A DNA stretch of 64,000 nt, taken from contig OX597822.1 of the NCBI GenBank assembly GCA_951406725.2, positions 20,894,001-20,958,000 of the forward strand. Reading direction: 5' to 3'. Both the position numbers and the translations under genes were made by a program. The notes under the pieces were generated by a model, which saw only the letters and a list, made by a program, of their open reading frames with translations, ran no database searches and had not been told where the DNA came from. This document shows positions 14,405-29,318 of the stretch, in pieces. How positions within the stretch are numbered: position 1 is the first letter of the stretch; each line of letters opens with the position of its first letter. Origin of the DNA: Octopus vulgaris (lineage: Eukaryota).

Positions 14405-15892
14405 ATCTAGATGTTTTCATATGTATTGATCTGTACTTGCATATGCAGATGAATGGTCAATGAAGGCCTCCAAAAGAATAACATGAATTTCAAATGATTG
14501 AGGAATTTCTTGCACAGAAAATTGTTAATAGCTTCCAACTAGAGATTTCATGTATAGACATGAAAATGAATAGGGAACAGTAATAAGCTGTGATGTTCAA
14601 GCCTTTCTTATGTTTATTAACAACGAAAGTGAGGTAAAACACTTCAACAGTGTTCCCAGTTTTCAATTTAATGTTAGTTGGCAAATTCCAATGTTAACAA
14701 AAGTTTTTCATTTCAATCTCAATTTTCAAGAAGAAAGAGAGAGGTCAATATGTATGCATGCATTTAAGTATGTATGTCTATATGTATGTATGTCTGTATG
14801 TATGTATGTATGTATGTATGTATGTATGTATGTATGTATGCTTGCATGTATGCATACAGGCATGTATATATGTATGCATGTACATATGTACATACTTACA
14901 TATGTATGTAAGTGTGTATGTATGTATGTGTGTGTGTGTGCTTGTGTGTATGTATGCCTGTATTTGTGTGTGTGTGTGTATATATCAAGTATTAATGCAC
15001 TTGTTTTTACAGCCATGTTCTTTTACTTTGCTTCTGGGAATGGAATGATTTTTACACATTTGTACATTTGCATACTCTAGTCACAGCTCATCAATTCCCG
15101 TTGTTTAATGACTCATCTATTCTTTTTGCAAACAATGACAAAGAAAGTTATATGCCTCATTCAACAGTGCAACATAATATCAGGCATGGTAACATATGAA
15201 GACATAAACACTTGGTTAATAGTTCAGCAATTTAAATGCACAGCCATCATGTATTGCCTTACTCTGTAAGTGTGTGTCTCTGTATAAGTGTGTGTGTGTG
15301 TATATATGTATATATAGAATATAAAGAAAGTCGGGAAGTATGAGATGAATATATTTATTTCATCAGTTGATATCTATAGGATAAATATATTTATCTAATA
15401 CCTCCTGACTTTCTTTATATTCTATATACTCCTCAGGAAATAGTTACCACTGATTGGATTTACTGGATAGGACTCTACATTACACTCTTATGTATTACTT
15501 TACTATGTGATTTGTAGTATAGTCCACTAAAGGATTACCATCAGATGAAATAAATCCATATATTGTGCATTATATATATATATATATATATATAAATATA
15601 TATATATTTGATAAAAGTTTAACTCAGGTCCATGCAACTTAGTTTCATAAACTCATAGAATTAACCTCAGAAGAGTAAAGGGATATGAGACAAATTCAAC
15701 ATGATTTCCAGATGTTAGACCTCTATTGACCAAGTCAGGTCACGTGGTGCTATTGGTATGAAAATGACATGAATTATTTTCTTTATTTTTAGTCTCTCTC
15801 TCTCTCATACACTCATACACACACAAACACACACACACATATCAATAAGTGGACAAATGAAAGAAAGAAGCACATTTGGTAGGAGCCAAATA

Positions 15893-16105
15893 TACTGGTT
15901 TCAAATTTTAGCACAAGGCCAGCAATATTGGGGGAGAAGCTAAGTTGATTACATTGATCCCAGTACTTGACTGATACTTATTTTATCGATCCTAAAAGGA
16001 TGAAATGCAAAATTGACCTTAGTAAAACTTGAATGTAAAATGCAAAGATAGATGAAATGCCACTATGTATTTCACCCAGCATGCTAACAATTCTGCCAGC
16101 TTTCC
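15893..16105 (-). mobile_element. SINE of the GGTCAACTTTGCCTTTCATCC (Nin-domain-like) family, decayed
   Basis: Similar to the copies at 39410-39826 and 52224-52432. Confidence 0.7.
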
Positions 16106-16587
16106 ACATTACAGAAATTGCATATATTATTATTTAAAAGCAGTTGGATTTGGCCCACTGTGTTTCATAGCTTCACTACAGAAACCTAGTGATATCATGT
16201 TACATGTAAAAAGAATTTCATAATAAACTCAAGGATTGCCCAATAGTTTTTAGCAGAGTACTTAGAGTACAGTCATATGAAGGCGAGCAAGCCAAAATTT
16301 GAAGTCATTGTTACCCTTTTCCTTTTATGCAAGGATTTTCGGTCTCATCATAATATTTATATTTATGTATACATCACTGTATAAATTCAAAAACTTTCTC
16401 TAACACACAAGTAAGTGTTATATATTTGAATGCTCATTCACGTATTTGAATAATATCACATTATATTATATGTACCTGAACAATCTTAATTCAGTTTTCA
16501 TCACAACTGTCCAATGAATAGGAAAGTGAAACTCTGAGCAACAGTTCTATGATAATTTTGCAGCTTTAATAAAATGTATATATATAT

Positions 16588-17636
16588 ATATAAGGAAAAT
16601 GAGACAAAGTAGAAAATGTTAAAATAATTTTGTCATGAAGTACATTTCAGTACTAGTTTCCATCTTTTAAACTTTTTAACTAAGAGTAAAATAAGAAAAC
16701 AATTGAAATGAAGAAAAAATGTGAATATTTTGTAGATATTTCCATAGTCTTTAAATAGGTAAATATTTCCATAGTCTTCAGATAGTCTATCCCTCTCTCT
16801 ATTTCTTTGTGAATGCCTTGTAGGTGGGTAGTAGTAAATCTGAAGGAATAGTTTGGGTACAGAGAATTGATGGTTTAAGCAGGAGCAGCTGAGGGAAGAG
16901 AAGGAAAAAAAAAAGAAAAAAGAAGGAGGAGAAGAAGATGAAGGAGGAAGAGAAGTAGGGGTAGAGTAAGAAGAGGGAGAAGGAGAAATAAAAAAAGAAA
17001 AATACAAAAGTGCTGTGACAATAAATATTGTGGAATATTCTTTAATGGTCAAATGACCTAAAAGTAACCTCTATAAATTCAGGGCAAAGCAACCTATACT
17101 CAGCACATTAGCAAGGAAGCATATTTTATCACAAAATATAAACCTATTTTGAATGCCACCCCCACCACCACTACAGATGAAACTACTACAAGAGTTTAGA
17201 ACAATTCCAACCACTACTGCTATGACCACAACAGGTCACTTTTAGGTCATTTGACAATTAAAGAAGATTCCCTGAACAATTTACTGTGTCAAAGCACTCC
17301 TGTATTTTTCCTTTCTTTCTCCTTCTCCTTCATCTCCCTTGGTTGCTCCTACTTAAACCATCAATTCTCTGTATCCAAACTATTCCTTCAGATTTACTAC
17401 TACCCACCTACAAGGCATTCACAAAGGAATAGAGGGAGAGAGAGAGACTATCTGAAGACTCTGGATATATTTATCTATTTAAAGACTATGAAAATATCTA
17501 CAAAACATTTCACTTACTTTTTTTTCTCCAATTTAATTGTTTTTCTTATTTTACGCTTAGTTGAAAAAAGTCTAAAAGACAGAAACCGGTACAAAAATTA
17601 TTTTAGCATTTTCTATCTTGTCTTATTTTCCTTATA
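16588..17636. repeat. Long diverged inverted repeat (arms about 16588-17070 and 17233-17636)
   Basis: Arms are reverse complements; opposite-strand ORFs share LNHQFSV.KLFLQIYYYPPTRHSQRNR. Confidence 0.92.
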
Positions 17637-18444
17637 CATATCAGCACATGTGTTACTTTTCTACCTTCTGCATATATATATATATATATATATATGCATG
17701 TATGTTTACATACAAATGCACACAAACCTGCTAGTTTCAGTCATATGCTAGGGCACTGTCTTCAAAAAGTATCTTGTCTGGTTTTTATTTTCCAAAACCT
17801 TTTAAGGGGAGATATTCTGGTTGTAAAGGGATGAACAGTTTGATATACTGATTATTTGATCTAATATGTGATCCACCACCACCACCACCACCACATGTGA
17901 CTGCAACTTGTTTATGTAGTGTAGTCAGTTGTGCTCTATACTGATTATTGATGGCTGGAAATTTTTGAGTCACAGTTAGTAAACCTTCCATGGTAGCAGT
18001 GTAGGGTGTGTCATACATTTTCAATAATGAAATACTGTTGCTTCTGTAGCTTCAAGCACACAGAAGTATATATGGGAGTAGATGTGATTCTTTGGACCCT
18101 TATATGGATGCGTCACCTGCTGAGGTGCCATATGTTGATGTCATTGTCTTCATTGATCACCAATAGATAACTTTAGGCAATACCTTCTTCTGTTGTCTTC
18201 TTTCTTTTTTTTTTGTCTCTTTTTATGTATTTATTTTTCAGCAGTAGCTAGGTTACATCAAATTTTTAAACAAACTATTCAGCCCCCCACCCCACATACA
18301 CACTTGTATACATATGCACACACACACATACACACACACACTTTTACATGACTATCTGAACTCAACAGTGTCTGTCTACTAGGTTTCCCTTTGAGTATTT
18401 ACATGCATACATACATATTTACATACATGTATGCATACATACAT

Positions 18445-18797
18445 CACATTACCCAATTACCAATATCTTGAGAAATTATGCTTCTCAAAACCAGAAAGGA
18501 GAAAGCTGATTTGAAGACCATCACTGGAACTGTAAAAATCTGTAAAACTTTCCAGAAGTTTATCATTTAAGTATATATGCACATGTCTAGACATGCAACT
18601 ATTTGCATGAGAATACATACATAAAACCAAACATACAAACCTACACATGCACTGACTCTAAATACAGCACATATACACATACACCAAAAAATATCTCATT
18701 GATGTTATTTGAAATTCCAATGAATAAGTCCTGAATCTAGGTTAGAGATCAATCTTTTCTCTGTTAGCAAGAAATCTTGAACTAAAACTGAATAATA
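18445..18797 (+). mobile_element. 3' end fragment of the R4/Dong-like retrotransposon
   Basis: Matches the reverse complement of 58725-59030; TACA-type repeats on both flanks. Confidence 0.8.
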
Positions 18798-21569
18798 GCA
18801 TACATTCATACATGTATTCTTGCATACATTCATACACACATATATACATATATACATAGACCCTCTGTTAGATGTAGTTTCAGTCAGTTAATTGCTTTGC
18901 TGGTCAATCAGTTGGGTCTGATTGGTTGGTTGATCGGTCAGTTAGTCGTCAGGAGTGTTTGGGAAAGGCAGTTGATCAGTCTATCTGTCCATTGGATAAA
19001 AAAATACTTTGGTAAAGAAATAGTCGACAGTTAGTTGTTATGTTCAAATTTCCCTTTTTTTAATTGTAAATTAAACATAGTGGGTTGTGTAAATTGGATA
19101 AATTTTTATTGTAACATAATTAGAAGCATTATCAGATTGGAAATGTTGCAATTAATATTTTTAATATTTCAGTTTCAGAGAACCATTGTAAGGCAGAAAA
19201 ACTATAGAAAAAATGGCTATAAAATAAAAATTAGAATATTTTTTTTACCCAAATGAAGAATTGTGATTGATGGAATCACTTATTAAATGTAAGCTGCTCT
19301 GCTAAAATTAGGAATGATCGTTAGCTAGCTCAGATCAGCAGGTAGCTTGGTTTGAAATTGCATCTATCAGGGTCAAAATATACATATATGGATCATTTCA
19401 TACAAACATAGAATGAATTGAACTGGTAGGAACTTGGAACTTAGTCACTTTAGGCTACATTGAAAAGTAACTACATAAATTGTCCCATGTACAATTCAAA
19501 CAGCCCCTTGATAATACTGTCATTTTTGTTTTTTAGGTATTTAACTCAAAATCTTCAGTGACATAGTGTGTTGAGACTTAAGTAGGTAATGTGCAGTATT
19601 ACATATTACCTCAGTGGTGCAGTATACCTGACTTTAAAGAGGTAATGTACGGTAGTAGAGGTAACTTCAGTGAGTAATAGATCAATAGTCTTGCATACTG
19701 AGTAAAATTGGTCATTCAAGGACAGTAATTGCTTGTTCTACAATGCTGAGATTTAATCAAATGTAAGAAGCTTAACAAAGTTTAAGACAAGGTATTCATA
19801 GCTCTTAAAGGAATCATCATGCAGTAATTTGGCATATCATAGACTTGAACTCATGTTGATGAGTATTCTCACAAAATAGGACAATGTTACATGATATTTA
19901 TTAGTAATTAAATTTGCTAAATGAGAAGTATAATTGCTTTTGTGTGGGAGTTACAGCATTGTATGGGTCAGCATATGTCAGTGTCCTTACATTACTACCA
20001 GCAGCAATTCTGGTATGAATAATTGTGGAAGTGAATTATTTAATATCTTATGCAGAAAGTAAGGCATATCTGTTTAAGAAAGAATGAGATTACTTTCACA
20101 TCTTCTATCTTTATGACTTGAATTTGTTGGCATTTTCTAATATTTGAATTTATAGATTATTTGTTATTTTATTAACTGTTGATTGCTTATTGCTATTATA
20201 TGGTTTCTATCTGAGTATTATTGTAAGTATTTCTCATTTTATATTGTAATCATATAAGATTATGCTAACATGGTAGCTCAGCATTGTAATGTCTTACATG
20301 GTGTTAGGAGGTTAACATATGTCAACATGTTAAGGAAGGACACCAGCTACACCAGCATTAATCGGCTATAATCTGGCATGCAGGATTAGCATGTAGGGAG
20401 TGGTGTGATCTTAACTACCCAAGCTGCTCCCTTCTCCATTCTGAGATTACCTGTTCATAGCAACAGAAACCACTTAGGTTGATAAGCTCAAAATGCTTGA
20501 TCTGAGAGATAATGTTTTATTAAAAACAAATCCAACAAAATACATTTTGTTTTGTCCCAAGTCAGTTTCATTTATACAATTCAAGTTGTGGCCAACAAAG
20601 TAACTTAGCTCTTGAGATGACCCCATCACTGTTCCTCATATCCCATGCCAGAGCACACCTGATCAGTACTAGTGTAGTTAGTGTCATGCTTTAGCAAGTC
20701 CACATGTATTATACCCCAATCAAAATATCAGGCATCAATATGCATAAGTGGCCATGTTAAGAAATGCATAAGTGCCCATGTTAAGAAATATCTTATCTGA
20801 TTGCAATATAAAATTAGAATTGCTTATGTGCAATAACATTGATAGAGAGAAAACAGAAAACATCTAGCAGTAATACCAACTAACTGTTGATAAAATAGTT
20901 TGCAGTCTACAATATTCAGCCTTTGGCATTTAGATCACTCTGTCAAATATTGGTTGGTTGGTATCCTTTTTGTCTCGGGAGACAATGGAGTTGCACATAA
21001 AATATTCTAGTCTGGCTTTTACATTTCATGTCCTAATACATTTCCTGCTGTGGCTGTGTAGTCCTATCCTGGACAAACACTCCCTCTGGCAGGTGCCGCA
21101 AAAGTAGCGAAGACTTTGCCTGGCTGGTTGTAATGTCATAGTTTCTTGATGACGTCTTTTCTTGTCTTTCCATTTCTCCTCTCTCTCTCTCTATCACTCT
21201 TTTATGGTATGTCACCAATCTCCATGGTTGCTGTCAAATATAATGCTAATTTATTCACATTGTTTTGAATTAAACATGTATTATCTCAGAACTTTGAAAT
21301 TTTGATGAAGTTATTTATAATAACATTGTATGGTAGGTGTGAGGAGCAGGATCAGGCTTGTTTGGACACAGATAGAATATTTGAGCTGTATATAGTCAAT
21401 TGAAATGCTAAAGGGTTAAATGTTCATAATATTTATAATATCTAAATTCATCCTATATTCATGAAGTCCTATTAAATGCCTTTCTATTTAATTCTCTTGG
21501 ACATGGAAACTTTTTACTCTGACTGTACATCAAATTAGTTAGAAAATCTTTCATTCACAATACTGTATT

Positions 21570-21610
<41 letters not shown>

Positions 21611-23918
21611 CAAAAATGGGGGAAAAAAGAAGCAGAAAACTTGAAGTCAAGATGGAAGATTGTGAAAGCAAACCTTATAAATTTTGATTCTCCACCTAAC
21701 AATAGATAAGCAACTGGAAGAGAATGTTGACTCAACTTTTTTTAGATAACAATCTATGTGCATAAATACAGAAACACCAAGGAAATAACAATTCTTAAGT
21801 ATCAGATCAATAAAACTTCAAGAAAGCAAACATTTATGATTCAACATCTGCAACACTTAGACTTGCTTCGTAGATTATTTTTTAAAAAAATACTGAAGTG
21901 GTGATGGCTTCTGACATAACAGTTCCAGGTAAATGGAGTCAATGGTTGATGAGATCAAATATGTTGGAAAGTTGACTGTCTTAAAAGGAGAAGATAACTT
22001 TCACTTGAATGAACACAGATTTGTTGTTATAAAAAAAATTTGTTGGGACATCTGTGCTTTGTGTATACATATGTGTGTGTGTATGTGTTTGAGAGAGAAA
22101 AACAAACATAGGACTTGTCAACAGTTTCAAACGAAATGAATAATTTCTTTTTGATCTAATGGTGTGTATAGCTGACCAAAAGGTTGATAGAACAAAACGG
22201 GTCCAGAGATCTAATCTCTGTTTACCCTACACATAAATGAATATATAAGAAGAATCTTTTTAGACTCAAGCAGAAGATTAGATTGAACACATTTATGATG
22301 TTGTGCCATATAATACACACAAAAAATATTTATATATATGGCACAGGCATGGCTGTGTGATTAAGAAGTTCACTTTGCAACCACATAATTTCAGATTCAG
22401 TCCCAATGCACAGCGCCTTTGGCCTGTGTCTTCTCCTATATCCTCAGGCTCACCAATGAATTTTGAATGAAATTAGCAGATGGAAGCTGTGTTCAAGCTG
22501 TTTATATCCATCCTTTATGTATGTATGTATGTATGTATGTATGTATGTATGTATGTATGTATGTATGTGTGTGTGTATGTGTCTCATCTTTGTGTTAGTG
22601 TTTGTCCTTCCATCATTGCTTACAACTAGTGTTGGTTTGTTTACATCCCCATAACTTAGTGTTTAGACCAAAGAGATTGATAGGATCAGCACCAGGATTT
22701 TTAGAAAATTGTTACTGCAAATGATTTGTTTGACTAAATCCCACTCTAAAGACTAAAACAAGTAAAAGATAGAAAAGACAAAAACAAAGCTGATAAATAT
22801 ACACAAGTGTTGCAAAATAAGTTTAATTACCAATAAACATCAGCTTGGATGACACTTTACTCAACCAACAGAGGAAGGTCGAAAGTGTCTTCTTGTCTCA
22901 AGCTCTGATTTTCTGCCTATCCTTGACAGAACTTTTGATATGGAGTATCAAAACTTTCATCCCTTTCACACTTATAAAATGTCAAGCAAACTTTAAAATT
23001 TGTCATTACTGTTTTAGCTGGGGGACCAAACTGATTGTTTGGTAACCTGCTAAAATAAACATTCAAAGTCGAAAAGAGAAAATAAACAGCATTGCAAGTT
23101 TAACTCAGTGTTTATTGAATAAGAGAGGTGCGAAATTTAAGAAGCAACTTGTTAGAATATACACGTCTGTGAGGAGACATAAACAGGAATAGCAAAACTC
23201 TACCATACCAAAAGAACTGGTAATACATACATTACAAGTGTTCTATGAAGAGAATATAAGAGTGCAGCATAATTCAACATGAATGTGAAATGACATTAAA
23301 CATTGTATAAAGTAAATGAAGGTTTCTGTAGGAACGCTAAGTCATATTCACTTAGTGAGTTTACATGCACAAGGATGAATTATGATGTTGTCATCAGCGT
23401 TAGGTGCAGTAAGAACTGGTAGCAACGATATTAGCAGTGATGAATTTCATTTTCCTAATATGGAGAAAGTAAGCAATAGCTTCCTGGAGGCAAACATAAA
23501 CTAGACTTCTTAAGCAAAGAAAAACTGATCTATTTAAGGAAATTGCTGGGTTCCATTGTGATAGGTAGAAACTCCAAGCAATGTAAATATAAAATATGGC
23601 CTGAACCGTTATTACCAGCAGGAATGTCAAACTTTAAAAAGTAGTTAACCATTTAATGATTTTAGTAAATTTATACAGAAAAAGTAAGCATTATACTGTC
23701 CAGCAAAAATGAAAATCAACTTCATTATATTCTTTCTGTAAAAACCTATTCTGACATTAAATGAGTCAACTTCTGATACGAATGTTCTAAAAAGTATTCT
23801 GGAAACAATCTACTCATGTAATTTGTGTACCCACTGATAAACTTTGTTTTTGTGGAAAAAAGTGCATAAATTACATGGGTTTTTACGGTATGTATATGTA
23901 TATATATATATATATGTA

Positions 23919-23951
<33 letters not shown>

Positions 23952-23954
23952 AAA

Positions 23955-24348
23955 TATCATCATCATCATCTGCTTTCCATGCTGGCAGGGGTTGGATGGT
24001 TTGACTGAGGGCTGGCAAGCCAGAAGGCTGCACTAGACCCCAATCTGATCTAGCAGAGTTTTTACAGCTGGATGCCCCTTCCTAATGCCAGCCGAGAGTG
24101 TAGTGGGTGCATTTTACATGCTACCGGCATGAGTGCCACTCAAGCGGTACTGTCATCAGCCATGACTTCACTTGACTTGACAGGTCTTCGTAAGTGCAGT
24201 TTATTACTCAATGATTGAAGGGTACACTTAGATGGGCTGGTTATGCTACACTGGCATAGGTCATGGTTATGGCCTCACTTGGCTTGTTGGGTCTTCTCAG
24301 CACAGAATATCTCCAAAGGTCTCAGTCACATGTCATCGCCTCCATAAG
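23955..24348 (-). mobile_element. SINE/LINE 3'-tail repeat ending in (ATG)n
   Basis: CATCATC..GCTTTCCATGCT..GGGTTGGA..GGATGCCCTTCCTAA block, also seen at 30565-30737, 53190-53598 and 62160-62335. Confidence 0.7.
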
Positions 24349-24395
24349 GTACAGGAAGTGATCAAACTCTGCATAAGGAGTAGAAAACCACTACC

Positions 24396-24427
<32 letters not shown>

Positions 24428-24578
24428 ATAATATATATTTATATTTATTTATACATATATATATATATATTTATATGTATTTATATAAATATATATATAT
24501 GTTTGAATTGCATAATAGTGTTTTTTTCTCTAATTTATATAGTATATAAATATATATATATTTATATTTATTTATACA

Positions 24579-24614
<36 letters not shown>

Positions 24615-24617
24615 TAT

Positions 24618-24943
24618 CTTCAAAGACTCCGCCGGTTACGACGACGAGGGTCCCAGCTGATACGATCAACGGAACAGCTTGCTCGTGAAATTAACGTGCA
24701 AATGGCTGAGCATTCCACAGACACGTGTACCCTTAACGTAGTTCTCGGGGATAATCAGCGTGACACAGAGAGTGACAAGGCTGACCCTTTGAAATACAAG
24801 TACAACTCATTTTTGCCAGCTGAGTGGACTGAAGCAACGTGAAATAAAGCGTCTTGCTCAAGGACACAACGCGTCGCCGGGAATCGAACTCACAACCTTA
24901 CGATCATGAGCCGAATGCCCTAACCACTAAGCCACGCGCCCTC
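24618..24943 (-). mobile_element. Young tRNA-derived SINE
   Basis: Intact A box TGGCTTAGTGG and B box GAGTTCGATTCC, CpGs retained, TA repeats on both flanks. Confidence 0.88.
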
Positions 24944-26290
24944 ACATATATATATATATATTCACCTCTCTGTCTTAGTATCTCTTTTATTTTCTTTCTT
25001 TATTTTGTCACTGTCCAAGGGAAACCCTGATGAAACACCATTTTACATGAAGAAACCCCCTTTTTACATGTGTAGTTGTTTGTATATATGGTTATATGTG
25101 TCTCTGTGTATGTATGTGTTTGTATGTATATATATATATGATTGTGTGTGTGTGTGTAAGGGGTGGGTAGATGTGTGTGCACATATAGATTTGCAGTCAT
25201 ACAAAAATAACTGTGACTTGGCCAGATAGTTTTGCTGTTGTATCAAGGGAATGTGTAGCCTATTACATTTCCATCTGATTATTGAACACTATCACAGAAG
25301 AAATTCTTCAAACTGCATGATATGGTGCCAGGAAGTTCTGTTATTCCTGTAGGGGCCTACCATTTCCAATGAACTATTGACTTATTAGAAGAGTCTACCA
25401 GCTTTGGTTGGCGCCATCTAGTCATGCCTCCATCTATACATACAGACATACAACTAGTTAACCATTCTATTTTGGTTCTCCTAATTCTAATGAGGTGTTC
25501 TAAAGAAACAAATACATACATATATGTGTGCATACTTATGTTTGGTTTCTAAGTGAAAAACATACATTTATGTACATATGAGCATATGTGAAAAAAAATT
25601 AGTGATAAAAGCACAGAGAGAGAAAGAGAGAGAATCACATCACATAACCACACACATACATATATAAGAAGTGAAATACACACACATAAACACGCACAAA
25701 CACATACACACATACGCAGTAGTGTGGTAATGTATTTCAGCCTAAGATCCAATTTTTTTTTTTTTGGTGCGTGTTATTATATCTTCTTCTCACTCTTGAT
25801 CTAATTATAGATAGATAGATAGAGTGAAAGATATCAAACCCTATCAGACCAACATACACCATTCTTCACTATCAAATAATTATATCATTGAAGTTAAGAG
25901 CTACATGCAATCCTTTCTTCTTTATATTTGATATAATTTTTTTGTTCAGCCAGTCAGTAGTTTCAAGTTAGCTCGTATTAATGATGGAACAATGAGATAC
26001 AGTGTTGGAGAAGGATTGGTGAAGTTACAATAGAGGACACTTGATGTATGATATACAAGAAAAGCAAAGGAGGCATACATAAACAGGAATCAGTACATAG
26101 GAGGAGTATTATTATAAATCACTCTGATAAAGTAACAATGATAAACCCTATCACATCCAAGAACTGAAAAAGTTTGATGATTCATTGAAGATGGAGTGGT
26201 TGGGTCAAAAGGTTGGATACTGAACTCAATAGTCATTGAAATACAAAAGCTTTAGAGTAAGTTCTCTCAAACTATTGTATTTTTGTGACA

Positions 26291-26330
<40 letters not shown>

Positions 26331-26487
26331 GTGTGTGTGTGAATGTGTATGTATGTATATGTGTGAATATATATATTATGCATATATATATAATGTGTAT
26401 TTATATGTATGTATGTATATATATATATAGTGTAATAAATAAAATATATGCATACATACAAACATATATGTACGTACCGACATCTAC

Positions 26488-26528
<41 letters not shown>

Positions 26529-26822
26529 TCTCAGTGATTACTTAATGTTGAGGAGACCTATATTCAAATGCATTCCAATCAAGATCAACCTGACTTTTTA
26601 TATAGTTACTACAATGTCTAATCTTTTGTTATTTAAAACAGTAGGGTGTAATCTAAGAAGGATTTGGCTGCTATTTTTAGTAGCCTGAAGTTCTCCCATT
26701 AGCTTATCACTGTCATTATCACTATAGTTTTCAGTAACAAAGCTGTTTGTTCATATCTACTTTTTCTTAATGTTGATGTACTTCTTATCTGACAATACAA
26801 ATGCTATCTGCCTCTCTCTCAC

Positions 26823-26861
<39 letters not shown>

Positions 26862-26939
26862 ATGCACAAAAATACAGCAAAATTCATAAAATTGCATGAA
26901 TTATGCTTGATTAAGAAAATATCAAAAATAATCAAGAAC

Positions 26940-27500
26940 TGAAGACAGAAAATATCTGCAACAGTTTGCTAGAAGTAGTGGCTAACTTCTGTTATCAAGA
27001 TGATGTAATCAATTCTAAAAATGAACAGAATTATAAAAGAATATCTTCGTAGAGAAAAAAATTATATTTCATATGTTCATTTGGCAACAGAAAAATATCT
27101 TATCTCGCTGAATGGTGGATTAGAATGTATATTATAAATGTAATATAATATGTATGTATATTGGAAGCATTATAATGTGTTGGGAAATAAAATCAGAGTA
27201 TACAATAAATGGAAATAAGGAATAGGTTTGGATATATAAAGTAAATTTGTGAAAAATTGAAGAGCAAATCAGCAAAATTAATGACATCATCAACTAATAT
27301 GAATACATAAAAAGATTAGCTGATGTGTGCGTATATAATTAATTTACAGATTCAGGGAAGAAGTGGCATAAGTTGATACTAGGGACTGCAAAAATAGTTT
27401 ACAAGCAAATAAGTGAGAATGAAGCATAGAAAGAACCTATCAGATGAAATAATATTTTGAATTGAGATGTCTAGAAAGAGTTTGTATTGAAGCTAGGTCT
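26940..27500 (+). pseudogene. Very decayed RTE-like LINE fragment
   Basis: LEVVANFCYQDDVI resembles the LEVVD.FCYLGD.I motif of RTE RT; boundaries uncertain. Confidence 0.4.
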
Positions 27501-29054
27501 AATCAATGCTAACCTAAAAATCTAGATATTAAAGCAATATCTCACTAATGGGACCTGTGGAAATTCCACAGAATGAAAAAAAATTAAGAAAAGCTATTTA
27601 AGAAAGAAAGGATGATTTGCGCTTTTATTTTCCTAGTTTTTTCCCATCCAGTCACAATGATATATTATATGATTTTAAAATTTCCCTCTGCTAAGCACTT
27701 TATATTTCTCTCTTTCTCTCTACCTTTTCAACAATCTTTTTAACCATGTAATTCCCCTCTCCATGTCTTTAACGTTTCTCTCTTTCTCTTCACCTTACAC
27801 TTCCACTAACCACATGAGTGACAGCATAATGCATCAGATGGCTATCTGCTCTCTCACTCACTCCCACATTCCCTTTTCCTCTCTCTCATTCCACCTTCTC
27901 CTCTCTAACAAACCATAGTATAAAGGTAAATGAACAGTTAGAAGAATAATATAAATTTAGTTCAATAAAAGTTTTTTTTTTACTTTCTGCACACTACTAC
28001 CACCACTACTGTCATTACCACTATAGTTTTCATTAACAAAGTTGTTTGTTCATATCTACTTTTTCTTAATGTTGATGTACTTCTCTGACAATACAAATGC
28101 TATCTGTCTGCCTCTCTCTCTCTCTCTCTCTTTCAATGTAACTGCTTCTCCAGTCTGTCTCTCTGTATCTGCCTTTCTTTAACCTCACCACCAGAACATC
28201 ACCCTCTGCTAAATATTGTATCTTAAACATATCTCTTTACCCACACTACAGCCTCCCCACTCTACACCCTGTTTTTCAACAATTCACTTTCCCTCTTTTC
28301 TCTCATTATCTTTCTCTCATGCTCTTCGTCTCTCCCTTCAACTAATCACATAATGCATTTGACATTTTTCTCTACTTTTTCCTCACTTTTTTCTCTACAT
28401 CTCACTATGCATCTCTTTCTACTTCTTCCTCACTTCTTTCTTCTCTACTCACACTTCTTTCCTCTGTCTATCTCACTTTTACTCTATCTCTCACTCATTC
28501 CACCTCCACCTCTCTAACTAACTAAAGTATAACGAGTGAACGAACAAGCAGATTATTATATAGATTATTTAAAGCAGACTTGCTAGTACTTGTCATTGAT
28601 AGGCTTGAGTTATAACATGAACTTGTACAATCACACGTAGGGTTATTTTAACAAACTATTTATAGTTAATATAATACACCATAAAGATGTTAGGATTAGG
28701 TCTGGGCCTGGTTGTTCTTTGATCAATCACACAAAACTTAGAAATATTTTAAAAATAGGTGAGTGTGCTTCAGCTGTGTCTTTATAGTCACATTCTTTAC
28801 AGTATTAATGAATGTCTACCTTTCAGTACTATCTATTTTTGTCTGTTTCATTAGTTAGTGATGTTTCCTCTCCTCAGTATTCTTGGCAGATTTTCTTTTA
28901 AAGGATGCCAATATTCAGAAGTATATAATTAATCTGTCTTGTATCTGTTTTTCCATGTTTGCATGGGTTGGAAAAAAATATGCATTTTTTTAACACTAAC
29001 CAATTTCATTTAATCACATGAGTTTTGTCTTATTGCATGATGAATGGTAGCTTG

Positions 29055-29270
29055 TATTTACTCTTTTACCTGTTTCAGTCATTTGACTGTGGCCATGCTG
29101 GGGCACTGCCTTTAGTCAAGCAAATTGACCCCAGGACTTATTCTTTGTAAGCCTAGTACTTATTCTATCGGTCTCTTTTGCCAAACCACTAAGTTACGGG
29201 GACGTAAACACACCAGCATCAGTTGTCAAGCGATGTTGGGGGAACAAACACAGACACACAAACATACACA

Positions 29271-29318
<48 letters not shown>

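Noticed and set aside
19537-19585. Possible short exon (TTTTTAG...AG/GTAATG)
   Set aside because: Splice-like signals only; too weak without transcript data.
23738-23890. Pogo-like terminal sequence (minus strand TACCGTAAAAACCCATGTAA)
   Set aside because: No convincing matching second TIR or transposase remnant, so the element could not be delimited.
24870-24943. tRNA-like sequence with A and B boxes
   Set aside because: It is the head of a SINE; it continues into SINE body and no closed acceptor stem is evident.
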